Source of the DNA: a virus | Virus record (IMG/VR): IMGVR_UViG_3300025276_000032 | Span: 3,348-67,347 of that record | DNA: 64,000 nucleotides | Reading direction: 5' to 3' (one strand) | Shown: positions 16,296 through 25,779 of the stretch, piece after piece | Numbering within the stretch: the first letter of the stretch is position 1 | Layout: each line of letters starts with the position of its first letter | The notes under the pieces: model-generated | Seen by the model: the letters and a program-made list of their open reading frames with translations, nothing else | Databases searched by the model: none | Told to the model about the DNA's origin: nothing | Translations under genes and position numbers: made by a program

Positions 16296-17114
16296 TTATA
16301 GTTTATCTAAGGCTGCAATCATTCGTGTCATCCCGATGCCGCCGCCACTTCTAGGGAAAAATTCAAATTCTAAGAATTTCTCAAGTTCATCCTCAACCCT
16401 TTGATCTCCGAATAAACTCTTAATCAAACCAGCGTATTCACCATTAGAGATTGTATGGAAGGTATCTCTCATTTGATCTTTATCAGTACTGCGTTCAGCA
16501 CTACCAATTGTTTCCATGCCACCCAGAATAACATCAATCTTTCTGCTAGTACCATCCTCATTTCTAGACATATTCCAAAAAGGGCTTGTCATTTCTGGAA
16601 ATTCTGTAATCATACAAGAGCCAAACGATGATTGCATGGCTAATTCGTGTTGTGCGTCTAGTTCTGTAGATGCACTAGCCCCATAGTGTTGTTGCCATTC
16701 TCTATAAGTTTTTTCTGTGGGCTTGTCAAAACCCAGATGTTTGCATAGCTCATATTCCATTTCTTTCAGATCATCAATACTGCCGGGCATTTCAAATTCA
16801 AACATAGGAAAAATCGTATCATGTCTGCCTGGGATTGCATTTGGTTCTTGACGATATGAGGTCGAGACACAAAAAAAGCCCTTTGAAGTAGGGCTTGTAA
16901 GTAATTCATGTTCTAGCCACATTTGACCTGTTTGAGGCAATGGCCACGTCTGATTTTCATATTGATAAGTTGCTACATTTTCGGGGTCTTCACATGCAGC
17001 TAAAATACTTAATCTATTTTGAGTATGTACTTCCTCAAAGCCTTTATTTAAAAAAAAGTCCCTAAGGAGGGACACTGCATTAGTAAATTTTTTAGGATCA
17101 ATTAGTTGAGTCAT
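16296..17114 (-). CDS. Class IIb (Asn/Asp/Lys) aminoacyl-tRNA-synthetase-like protein, catalytic domain only
   Basis: Motif 1 GFEEVHT, motif 2 YRQE...RHDTIFPMFEFE, motif 3 GGGIGMTR; 272 aa, no room for an N-terminal OB-fold. Confidence 0.85.
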   Translation of the reverse strand: MTQLIDPKKFTNAVSLLRDFFLNKGFEEVHTQNRLSILAACEDPENVATYQYENQTWPLPQTGQMWLEHELLTSPTSKGFFCVSTSYRQEPNAIPGRHDTIFPMFEFEMPGSIDDLKEMEYELCKHLGFDKPTEKTYREWQQHYGASASTELDAQHELAMQSSFGSCMITEFPEMTSPFWNMSRNEDGTSRKIDVILGGMETIGSAERSTDKDQMRDTFHTISNGEYAGLIKSLFGDQRVEDELEKFLEFEFFPRSGGGIGMTRMIAALDKL

Positions 17115-17139
17115 TATTTCTTTCTCTTTCTCTGCGTCA

Positions 17140-17165
17140 GAGGGGCAACACTCTTATTGCCCCTC
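17140..17165 (-). other. 9-bp hairpin in the leader of the aaRS-like gene
   Basis: GAGGGGCAA-N8-TTGCCCCTC, no U-tract. Confidence 0.55.
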
Positions 17166-17221
17166 ACATTATAATCTTAGTATTTAGACTAAAAATATAA
17201 TATTTTTTAACATTTTTAAAA

Positions 17222-18280
17222 TTAATCTGGGAATCGAGCAGTGATTCCTTCGACATAATAGCTCATACTATTCAATTCGCCGTCCGTAGCTACTTTTCCA
17301 GCTGCAATACGAACTTCACCCGCTTGATCTTTGATTGGTCCAGTGAAAGCAAAATATTCACCATCACGAATCTGGTGCATAATATCAGTTGCAATAACAC
17401 GAACTTCATCTGGCATATTTGTGAATGGTGCCATCGCAACAACACCATCATTCATATGACCAAAATAGTCCTCACTCTCCCAATTACCATCAATTACAGC
17501 CTGTACTTTACGAATATAGTAAGGTGCCCAGTTATCAATAGTAGCAGTTAGCTGCGATTTAGGTGCAACAGCAATTTGATCTGATGCTTGACCAAAGCCG
17601 TGTTTACCTTGTTGTTCTGCAGCTTGGAGTGGCGCAGGAGAATCTGTATGTTGTGCTATCATATCGCAACCTTGGGACATGAGGGCTTTAGCAGCATCCG
17701 ATTCTTTACCAGGATTGAACCAAGTATTTACCCATACAATATCCATATCTACATCAGGATTCATACTACGAGCACCCATAAAGAATGTATTAATTTCACG
17801 GATAACTTCTGGAATTGGGAACGCTCCAATATAACAAATCTTGTTCGATTTAGTCATTAAACCAGCAATCACGCCCTGAACGTGTCTAGCTTGGTATAGA
17901 CGCAATCCATAGCTTGACATATTTGCAGCCTGCTTATACCCAGTGGCATGCTCAAACTTAACATTTGGATAACGATTAGCCATCTTCAATGTCGCGTCCA
18001 TATATCCAAATGATGTTGTGAAGATAATATCTGCACCTCTTAGTACCATACCATTAATTACACGCTCTGCATCAGGACCCTCTTTAACACTTTCGACAAA
18101 AAATGTTTCGACTTGATCACCAAAATGTGCTTCTACATCTTGTCTGCCAATGTCGTGACGATATGTCCATCCGCCATCACCAGTCGGTCCGACATATACG
18201 AACCCCACTTTAACTTTATCCCCAGCCCATGCGCTTGTCGCTAACATAGCCGCTGCTACGATTGTTAAAAGTTTTTTCAT
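17222..18280 (-). CDS. BMP-family ABC substrate-binding protein (purine/nucleoside-type)
   Basis: Signal peptide; GFVYVGP..DGGWTY.H, TTSFGYM, FEHATGYK, PIPEVIR, QHTDS. Confidence 0.9.
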   Translation of the reverse strand: MKKLLTIVAAAMLATSAWAGDKVKVGFVYVGPTGDGGWTYRHDIGRQDVEAHFGDQVETFFVESVKEGPDAERVINGMVLRGADIIFTTSFGYMDATLKMANRYPNVKFEHATGYKQAANMSSYGLRLYQARHVQGVIAGLMTKSNKICYIGAFPIPEVIREINTFFMGARSMNPDVDMDIVWVNTWFNPGKESDAAKALMSQGCDMIAQHTDSPAPLQAAEQQGKHGFGQASDQIAVAPKSQLTATIDNWAPYYIRKVQAVIDGNWESEDYFGHMNDGVVAMAPFTNMPDEVRVIATDIMHQIRDGEYFAFTGPIKDQAGEVRIAAGKVATDGELNSMSYYVEGITARFPD

Positions 18281-18296
18281 TTTTAGATTGACCTTT

Positions 18297-18992
18297 CTAG
18301 GTTGTTGTAGTTGATTGTAGTCCTTGAATGTTAGTATAATACGTTCGGCTGACGCCTAAGTTATCAACTAACTGCTTACACATTATAGCATCATTTGGCC
18401 AAAGCCCGTGATTGAAGCATAACGATATTAGTTTTTCTGCCGCTGCTGGCTTGATTATATATGCTGAGTTTCCGGCAATGCCTTGAGGAATGTTATAATC
18501 GTCTACAGATGGAACAGGTTGTATTTCGTTTTTGTTCTTTTGAATTAATCTATGAAATTCTGCTGATTTTCTTGTTGCGCCTCTTGGCTCATTAATACCT
18601 ATTATATCATATTTTGAATCTAATAGCAACTGGTAATCTAACTTTTTTCTAAAAATTGCATCGTGTTCTAGAATTAGCAAAGGTTCTTTCTTTTCAAAAC
18701 ATTCTGTCCATAGCCTAAAATGTGACACGGCTGCAGCCATGCGTTTAGTCTTTACTGCTGTTGGATATGCGCTCTTTATTAAACCTGTAGCTAAGTCTGT
18801 AACTTTGCCTTCCCACGGGTAATTCCAGAATAGATCCCAATGCATCATTTCAGCGCCAACTTTCACATGGTCTGTCGCTTCAAACTTTTCTATGTTAAAA
18901 TCATTGTCGAGTTTCTTTGAACTAAGCCAAAGAGCATCAAACCCTTCTTCTGAGATATTATTGCCTTTAAGAGTTATTGCATATGATTTCAT
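18297..18992 (-). CDS. GT25-family glycosyltransferase
   Basis: SHFRLW, ILEHDA, GNSAYII. Confidence 0.8.
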   Translation of the reverse strand: MKSYAITLKGNNISEEGFDALWLSSKKLDNDFNIEKFEATDHVKVGAEMMHWDLFWNYPWEGKVTDLATGLIKSAYPTAVKTKRMAAAVSHFRLWTECFEKKEPLLILEHDAIFRKKLDYQLLLDSKYDIIGINEPRGATRKSAEFHRLIQKNKNEIQPVPSVDDYNIPQGIAGNSAYIIKPAAAEKLISLCFNHGLWPNDAIMCKQLVDNLGVSRTYYTNIQGLQSTTTT

Positions 18993-19724
18993 TTAATTTG
19001 CCTTATAATAATTTAATTTTGCGCCTTTATCTATAATTAGTTGCGCCATTTCATCAACATCACCTAATTTCCATTTTTTGCTGCCGAATATTCCTCTAGG
19101 ATATTTTTCTTGTGCAGTCTCTTCACCTGAATATATATGTATTTTATCGCAGGGTAAAATCATCTGCGAAAAATATGCCATTCCTGAACTTGCACCTACA
19201 TGTAAATCAGCGTTTGATATTAAATATGCTATGTAATCTAAATCTGTGCTTGCTCTACCACTACCATTTGCTCCGATCCGTATAATTTCAAATCCACTTT
19301 GCAGATAATGCTTTTCTATTTTTTCTATTTTTTCTGGTAAAATAAACCTATACGTCTGCCTAGCGTCCCACTGTGTAGTGATATATTTCTTCGGCAATTC
19401 TTGATTAAAATTCTTGATGTTTTTACATTTAGGTAATTCTTTGACTGAACCCCAAACTTCGTGAATCGACAAATCATAATTATCTGAGTTACAGTTTATG
19501 GGATACCTAATATTGATAGTTTTCTTAGGAATAACATTTTTCTTGTTTAGAAAAACTCTATCAGATCCCAATAGATTTTTCAATTGATCAAAATCTTTAA
19601 AATGCTCACAGATTAAATTTACATCTTCATTTTCTGATTGGGAAAGCATTTCACAAAATAGTAAATGAATAATTCTATCTCCAAGAGGTCTAGTTGTTAC
19701 CGTAGAATGTGCGTTCACTATCAT
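18993..19724 (-). CDS. Putative GT-B (GT9-like) glycosyltransferase
   Basis: LGD N-terminal motif; LISNADLHVGASSG. Confidence 0.5.
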   Translation of the reverse strand: MIVNAHSTVTTRPLGDRIIHLLFCEMLSQSENEDVNLICEHFKDFDQLKNLLGSDRVFLNKKNVIPKKTINIRYPINCNSDNYDLSIHEVWGSVKELPKCKNIKNFNQELPKKYITTQWDARQTYRFILPEKIEKIEKHYLQSGFEIIRIGANGSGRASTDLDYIAYLISNADLHVGASSGMAYFSQMILPCDKIHIYSGEETAQEKYPRGIFGSKKWKLGDVDEMAQLIIDKGAKLNYYKAN

Positions 19725-19740
19725 TGCGTTTTATTCCTCT

Positions 19741-20427
19741 TCAATAGTAACCATGCGATAAATATCTATTATAATTATTCCATGTTCCTAAGTCTATGTA
19801 TTTGTTTTCTGGGACAGTCTCAAATCCTAATGAATTTACTATATCTCCGACTTCGGTATATTTTTCAAATAAATTTTTCTCGTATGCATCTAATAAATTT
19901 TTTCCATCAAATTTTAACACGCCCCAAAACATATCTAATAGGTCATCTTCAAGACAAGATTTAACTTTAAATTTCTTCATATTTTTTTCTAATCTATCTA
20001 GCTTAGATTGGCTATCCGTAATAAATGTTCCTGCAACTACACCTTTTATAGTTGACATTTTTATAAAAGGATTGTTTTCAAAAATAGTATCGGGCATACC
20101 AAAAAGCAATACTTCATTTCTAGCAGGAGTTTTATAATCTAAAAATTCAAGCAGTACGTTTGCAAAGCCGTGTTTCTTCTGACAAATATGAATAAAATTT
20201 TCATCAGTAAAGAAGGAAGTAACGTCACTTTTTAACTCGTCTCCATGAATAAAAATTATCTTTTCTGCTCCTGCGTCTATCATTTTTGAAACTAGATGAT
20301 TTGATATAGGATTATAATAGTTAAAATTTCTCTGAGGAAGCATTTCCTTTGAAAATGTCATTCCTAGTCTTGTTCCAAATCCTCCAATGGGCACAATTCC
20401 TGTAATTTTATTTTTTGGCATTTTCAA
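19741..20427 (-). CDS. Sugar nucleotidyltransferase
   Basis: PIGGFGTRL...KEML, GMPD, YIDLGT. Confidence 0.8.
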   Translation of the reverse strand: MKMPKNKITGIVPIGGFGTRLGMTFSKEMLPQRNFNYYNPISNHLVSKMIDAGAEKIIFIHGDELKSDVTSFFTDENFIHICQKKHGFANVLLEFLDYKTPARNEVLLFGMPDTIFENNPFIKMSTIKGVVAGTFITDSQSKLDRLEKNMKKFKVKSCLEDDLLDMFWGVLKFDGKNLLDAYEKNLFEKYTEVGDIVNSLGFETVPENKYIDLGTWNNYNRYLSHGYY

Positions 20428-21386
20428 TTTACCTTATAATAATCTTTGTACCAATTTACAAAGTTTTCAACACCCTCGGCAATAGAAACTTTGGGATTAT
20501 AACCCAGCTTTTGCAATTTAGTTGTATCTGACCAAGTAGTCTGTGTGTCTGCTGGGTGCATAGGAACTAATTCTGTGATTGCTGTACGACCTAGATTTTT
20601 TTCTATCTCTTTAACAAAATCTAGCAATTTAACTTTTTCGCCACGACCGATATTATATATTTCTTTGCCCTCTGCATTTAAAAGAAGTAAGACTCCGTTT
20701 ACGATATCATCGACATATGTGAAATCTCTGGTCATATTACCGTTGTTGAATAGCTTTATAGGATTGCCTGCAATGATGTTTTTAGTGAAATCGAATAGTG
20801 CCATGTCTGGTCTACCCCAAGGACCATATACAGTAAAAAATCTAAGTCCAGTAGTATTTTTAATTTTGCTAGTTTTGAACTGAGATTCTGTAGTCGCTTT
20901 TGTAAATCCATAAGGATTTAATTGGTGACCTAAGTTCACGTCCTCTTTCCAAGGCAGGGGATTGCCAGCCATAACACACGATGTTGATGCATATAAAATT
21001 CTATTTACACCATCTTTCTCACACCTATCAATTAAGTTTTGTGAAGCAATAATATTATTCTGAATATAAAGATGTGGATCTAACATTGAGTGTCTAACAC
21101 CAGCGTATGCTGCAAGATGTATGACAGTTTCAACACCATCTAAGGACGCTTTAGGAATAGTAAGATAGTGATCGTTTTTATAAAATTTGAATGAGTCGGA
21201 GGTTAGATCGCAGTCAAATACCTCTATTCCCAAGTCAGTCAATTTAGATTCTCTGGTTCTTTTTAGTGATGAATCATAATAATCATTAAAGTTATCTAAT
21301 CCTGAAACATCATGTCCTTGAGAGAATAGCTTTCTTGCAAGATGATAACCAATAAACCCTGCTATACCTGTGATAAATATTTTCAT
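20424..21386 (-). CDS. NAD-dependent epimerase (UDP-glucuronate 4-epimerase-like)
   Basis: GIAGFIG, HLAAYAGVR, YGFTK, RFFTVYGPWGRPDMA, RDFTYVDD. Confidence 0.9.
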   Translation of the reverse strand: MKIFITGIAGFIGYHLARKLFSQGHDVSGLDNFNDYYDSSLKRTRESKLTDLGIEVFDCDLTSDSFKFYKNDHYLTIPKASLDGVETVIHLAAYAGVRHSMLDPHLYIQNNIIASQNLIDRCEKDGVNRILYASTSCVMAGNPLPWKEDVNLGHQLNPYGFTKATTESQFKTSKIKNTTGLRFFTVYGPWGRPDMALFDFTKNIIAGNPIKLFNNGNMTRDFTYVDDIVNGVLLLLNAEGKEIYNIGRGEKVKLLDFVKEIEKNLGRTAITELVPMHPADTQTTWSDTTKLQKLGYNPKVSIAEGVENFVNWYKDYYKVN

Positions 21387-21387
21387 T

Positions 21388-22056
21388 TTAAAATCCGTGA
21401 CTCATGTTTAAGTTTTTCAAAGAGAACGTAAAGTACTCTGGTATTATATATTCTAATTTTACATTGTATGTATTGATGAAATAGTCGCTCTGATCCCAAC
21501 CAAACTTATCTAGCTGAGATAGTAACTTTTTTGCGCCTCTTGGAGTAACTGCATATGCTGCCGTTCCTGGTATCATCAAACTGCCTTTAAATGAATTGTC
21601 TTTATTATACACTAAAGGACTTGAGTTGTAAAGCCCTTTACCAAAATTAAATTGCGGCTTATTTCTCACATGATCGAAAACTGGTTGCTTAAATGCAGAC
21701 TCACAATTTAGTATCAAAACATCATTAAAGACTGTATTATTCCAAGGTCTCACACATGTTGCGTCTTGCTCAATAAATGCTACCTGCTCATCTAATTCAA
21801 TACATTTATTCCATACTCTGACGTGGTTTAAAAAACAAGATTTTTTAGTTTCATATGTTTTCTTGCTTTCTTTTTTAAATGATGTTACTCTACCATTAGG
21901 TATTTCTGGATAGTGTTGATAATTATTTAAGGTTTTTGGTGTCACACCTTCAAGAGGTTCAGCATCAAAATCATTTGAAATGCAACTTTTCAAACACTGA
22001 TCCATATATTCTTCGGATTTAGAGTGACCCTTAACGTATACAACAAATGATTTCAT
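21388..22056 (-). CDS. GT25-family glycosyltransferase
   Basis: SCFLNH..W, FIEQDA, GTAAYAVTP. Confidence 0.75.
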   Translation of the reverse strand: MKSFVVYVKGHSKSEEYMDQCLKSCISNDFDAEPLEGVTPKTLNNYQHYPEIPNGRVTSFKKESKKTYETKKSCFLNHVRVWNKCIELDEQVAFIEQDATCVRPWNNTVFNDVLILNCESAFKQPVFDHVRNKPQFNFGKGLYNSSPLVYNKDNSFKGSLMIPGTAAYAVTPRGAKKLLSQLDKFGWDQSDYFINTYNVKLEYIIPEYFTFSLKNLNMSHGF

Positions 22057-22616
22057 TTTTTGAAACTAAAAACTTTAGAGGACATTCCATTTCCCATAAA
22101 AAAATTATCTTCTATTAGTCCTACATCTGTGCATAATTCTATCAACTCATTTTCAGAAATTTGTAGCGGATCGGATCGTCTTGAATTGTTGTGACCCGCC
22201 GCAAAATCAAATTCAATATATAAGCGTCCATTAGTAGATATTTGATTTTTCCAAGTATTTAAACAATTTGTTGGCTCAGACGCATGATCAAAAGAATTAG
22301 AATATACGATATCGCATTTATTAATCCATTCTTCTTTAGGTTTTTGAAAGTCGTGCTGGACTGTCATCGGAAATTGTTTTGCTGTATGAGAAATTTCTGT
22401 GCCTATTACTTCAGCTTTGGGCAAAAATGTTTTGAAATATTGCTGTTCTTTTCCATTTCTAGTACCATGACACAATACCATCTTAGCTGCAGGCATATAG
22501 GAACACATAGTTTCAACAGTTTGTTTTTTTACCCAAGACCAATCGATTTTTTTCACATTAGCGTCAGTTTGTGCTTCTACATAATCATCATAATTTTTGT
22601 ATTCGTATACTTTCAT
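22053..22616 (-). CDS. Putative SAM-dependent methyltransferase
   Basis: LCHGTRNG.E, DIVYSNSFDH. Confidence 0.65.
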   Translation of the reverse strand: MKVYEYKNYDDYVEAQTDANVKKIDWSWVKKQTVETMCSYMPAAKMVLCHGTRNGKEQQYFKTFLPKAEVIGTEISHTAKQFPMTVQHDFQKPKEEWINKCDIVYSNSFDHASEPTNCLNTWKNQISTNGRLYIEFDFAAGHNNSRRSDPLQISENELIELCTDVGLIEDNFFMGNGMSSKVFSFKK

Positions 22617-22641
22617 TTTATTTCCTAACTCATAATTTTTT

Positions 22642-23211
22642 TTATTTTTTAATTACAAATAAGTAATTGACTGCTCTTGTGTGTTTATTCTTATTAAATG
22701 GTAACCATTTTTGTTCGATGATTTCTCCGTCAATAAATTTACTTATTTTTTCTTGCCACCATTCAGGCTGTTCTTGGATCAAATGAGCGTTACGACCATC
22801 TGGCAAAAGTCTTTTAGCCGCAGAGGTGTGAAGATCCAAAAAAGAAATTTTAGTAAATTTATCGTTGATAAGTTTAAGAGTATCATCAATAAACTGCGGT
22901 TCAATATGCTCTAAAACATCAAGAGATACCAACATATCAAATTTATAGTCAGGTATTATCTCGTATTTTTCAACACAAGGATCATATCCTCTAGCATCTT
23001 TTAATTTGCACGATTTTTTTAAATACTTATGCAATCCACCTTGACCACATCCAAAATCTAATAGCGTTTTGACATTATACTTCTCAATCAATTCAGGAAT
23101 ATTAAAAACTCGCGGAACTTGCATTCTAGAGTTTGCTCCCCAGTTAGTTGTTTTATGCAATTTAGATTGCTGGTTTTTATAATTATTCGTAATCATTCGT
23201 ATACCTTCCAA
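22642..23211 (-). CDS. Class I SAM-dependent methyltransferase
   Basis: LLDFGCGQG, GYDP, DVLEHI, LPDGRNAH. Confidence 0.85.
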   Translation of the reverse strand: MEGIRMITNNYKNQQSKLHKTTNWGANSRMQVPRVFNIPELIEKYNVKTLLDFGCGQGGLHKYLKKSCKLKDARGYDPCVEKYEIIPDYKFDMLVSLDVLEHIEPQFIDDTLKLINDKFTKISFLDLHTSAAKRLLPDGRNAHLIQEQPEWWQEKISKFIDGEIIEQKWLPFNKNKHTRAVNYLFVIKK

Positions 23212-23792
23212 CTATTTTTTTCTACTAATTCTTTTCGCATTATATCTTCAGTAGAATAATCATGGCTTTCACTGATTTCATCTGTATAATATGATTTACT
23301 TCTATAACCATCAAATCCGAAAATCCTTACACGTTCAATTCCTAAATAATCTAATAAAATTAAAGAATGCATGCCACTTGAAAGTTTAATTCGTTTGCCT
23401 AATCTTCGTTTCCAAGGTTCTGCGATAGATAGTTCGCCAAAATAAAAATCGTATTTATTTTTTGAATTTCTAACAATAGTATTTTCTTCATTTTTTAGTC
23501 CAGGATTAAGCAACAATGTATGAAATAATGGAATTGAAGATTTTGAATTTACATCATTAGATTTGTTACACATATTAGCTTCAACACTTCTTTTCCATCT
23601 TGATCCTGATGCTAAAAAATTCCATCTAGTACCTTGAGACTCGCCCTTTTCAATTTTGCTCCAATTAAATCTTATAGTTGGCATTTCATCAATGATTAAT
23701 CCATATTCTCTATCGAACAATGATGTTGCGTTACCTACAACGCTAACACCATTACACATATACTTTATTAGATCATCCTCATAAACTCTCAT
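23193..23792 (-). CDS. GT29 (sialyltransferase)-like protein
   Basis: VVGNA, IRFN, SSG, IFGFD, H. Confidence 0.6.
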   Translation of the reverse strand: MRVYEDDLIKYMCNGVSVVGNATSLFDREYGLIIDEMPTIRFNWSKIEKGESQGTRWNFLASGSRWKRSVEANMCNKSNDVNSKSSIPLFHTLLLNPGLKNEENTIVRNSKNKYDFYFGELSIAEPWKRRLGKRIKLSSGMHSLILLDYLGIERVRIFGFDGYRSKSYYTDEISESHDYSTEDIMRKELVEKNSWKVYE

Positions 23793-24406
23793 TATAATCT
23801 CTTTAACGTAAAGATGCTATATTGACCGCCTTTTGTGTCCGGGTACTTCCTCTCATCTATTATTTTAAAACTCAATTTTCTGATTTCTTCATTAAATTTA
23901 TTAAAATTTTGTATCGTTATTTTATTTTGGATTAATTTTGGATCTTCTTCCCAGTATCGCAGACTCAATATAGAATATTCTTCAGTTGCGTCCAGCACAT
24001 TTTTTAAAATTGTGAGTGAGTGTTTTTGCTCAAATAAATTAAGCATTCTCATTATAATTGATAGCTGGCATTTTTCTTTTATATAGTCATTAACAAGGTC
24101 ATGCTTATGAATTTTAAGTTTTAAGCACATAATTTTTTTTGCTTCTATAATCATATCAGATGATAATTCATAGCCGTGAACTTCTTTCACATGAGAGTTT
24201 CTTTGAAATAGTGTACCGAATCTGTTTGTACCTAAAGGAGCATCAATTATAGTTTCAATATCAGTGTTATTAGTAATAAAATCTTCTACGACCTTGTGTT
24301 CTAGTTTCCACTTTGGATTTTGATTTCTACCAGAATCGTATGATCGCGCTCTATTACCAGTGTAATGTTCCTTGACTATCTTTTCCACGATTTTCGTATC
24401 CTCCAA
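23792..24406 (-). CDS. Class I SAM-dependent methyltransferase
   Basis: IIDAPLGTNRF, GYELSSDMI. Confidence 0.7.
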   Translation of the reverse strand: MEDTKIVEKIVKEHYTGNRARSYDSGRNQNPKWKLEHKVVEDFITNNTDIETIIDAPLGTNRFGTLFQRNSHVKEVHGYELSSDMIIEAKKIMCLKLKIHKHDLVNDYIKEKCQLSIIMRMLNLFEQKHSLTILKNVLDATEEYSILSLRYWEEDPKLIQNKITIQNFNKFNEEIRKLSFKIIDERKYPDTKGGQYSIFTLKRL

Positions 24407-24966
24407 ATTTGTTTTGATAGTTTAATGTGTTCACCTTTTAATTCATTTTTTAATATGTCGCTATTTAAATAATTCATTATCCATCCATCATTACAAGCTA
24501 AAAATTCATTATCTATAATTTTAATGCCATCAGAAGTGTTAATTAAATTTGCTCTAGTTATATCATTGTGATTTATCTTTGTTGTTAAATTGAATTTAGG
24601 TTTTTTAAGACCAACCCTTTCATATATGTATTTTAGGTAGTCCCATGTGGTCTCTGGATAATTTATATCTAATAAATTCCTATGTATAGTATTCATAGAA
24701 CTATAATCTGTTGCAGATATTCCATATATAAATTCTTCGATAACTAAAGAATTTTCTGTACCAATGACTTTCGGAAAAAATTTGCATATGGGATGCGAGT
24801 CTATAAAAAGTCTAAGTTTCATTTGCTTTTCGTTAATAGTTTCATAAACTTTTACTTTTTTATTGTTGTGTGTTGCAAAAAAAGATGTACTTCCAAATTT
24901 ACTTTTTAATCCAAAAGGAGCATTCGGTCTTGTCGATTCTATGTTACTAAACTCTAAACTAGACAT
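24376..24966 (-). CDS. APH/choline-kinase-like phosphotransferase
   Basis: VKVY, HNDITRAN, IIDNE. Confidence 0.65.
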   Translation of the reverse strand: MSSLEFSNIESTRPNAPFGLKSKFGSTSFFATHNNKKVKVYETINEKQMKLRLFIDSHPICKFFPKVIGTENSLVIEEFIYGISATDYSSMNTIHRNLLDINYPETTWDYLKYIYERVGLKKPKFNLTTKINHNDITRANLINTSDGIKIIDNEFLACNDGWIMNYLNSDILKNELKGEHIKLSKQIWRIRKSWKR

Positions 24967-24971
24967 ATATT

Positions 24972-25751
24972 TTATTCTACCAATTTTCTTAGTTCATCCA
25001 CATTCTCGCCACGATTAGGTAATTTGTCTTTCAAGAAAAAATGCACAAAATTACACTCTTTAATTTTTGTATTTGCAGTAAACAAACCGTTCCAACGCCA
25101 ATCCATATTCTTAACTTTCATTTTTTCTTCTTTGATCCACGTATTCAAAAGCGTTTGATCTGTAGACCATTTCCATGCTCCTAGACCATCAACAAAGGGT
25201 TTAAACTCGGGTCGTCTTATAAATTGTGCGGGAGTCTCGCCATTCAAATACTTTTGAATTGATTTGTTCATAATCATAATACCCATGTTCATAAACTCGC
25301 CGCCGCGCTTATTCCATTTCCAATCCACATGTTTGATAGTGCTGTACTGCATTCTAGAATAGTTTACAATTTTATTTACATATTCTTGCGTGATGGGCAT
25401 ATCACGCTCAACTACGCCACCAAAATCATACTCTTCCTCAAGATCATCAAAGACTGAAGGAGAGTCTGGTCTAATCCAAACATCTGCATCAATTATCGCA
25501 ACTTGATCATATGATTTTAAATATGCAAAGGCGTTTTCTTTTTCGTATATTGGCAAATAACCACCATGCTTTTCATACGATTCTTTACTACGATTTGTTG
25601 CAAAAACGTCTGGCTTGATCATAAGGATCGGATTTCTCTGAACCTCGTGATCGAAGCCGTGACGTTTGCAATATTGCTTTACTGACTCAATACAGTGGTC
25701 GTAAAGTTTGGAACGCTTTCCAACGTACACTTGATAGATAAGTCTTTTCAT
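24972..25751 (-). CDS. GT-A glycosyltransferase
   Basis: IIDADV, NMG, DQTLLN, HF. Confidence 0.75.
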   Translation of the reverse strand: MKRLIYQVYVGKRSKLYDHCIESVKQYCKRHGFDHEVQRNPILMIKPDVFATNRSKESYEKHGGYLPIYEKENAFAYLKSYDQVAIIDADVWIRPDSPSVFDDLEEEYDFGGVVERDMPITQEYVNKIVNYSRMQYSTIKHVDWKWNKRGGEFMNMGIMIMNKSIQKYLNGETPAQFIRRPEFKPFVDGLGAWKWSTDQTLLNTWIKEEKMKVKNMDWRWNGLFTANTKIKECNFVHFFLKDKLPNRGENVDELRKLVE

Positions 25752-25779
25752 AATAAACCATCCTGTTATAATAATCTAA

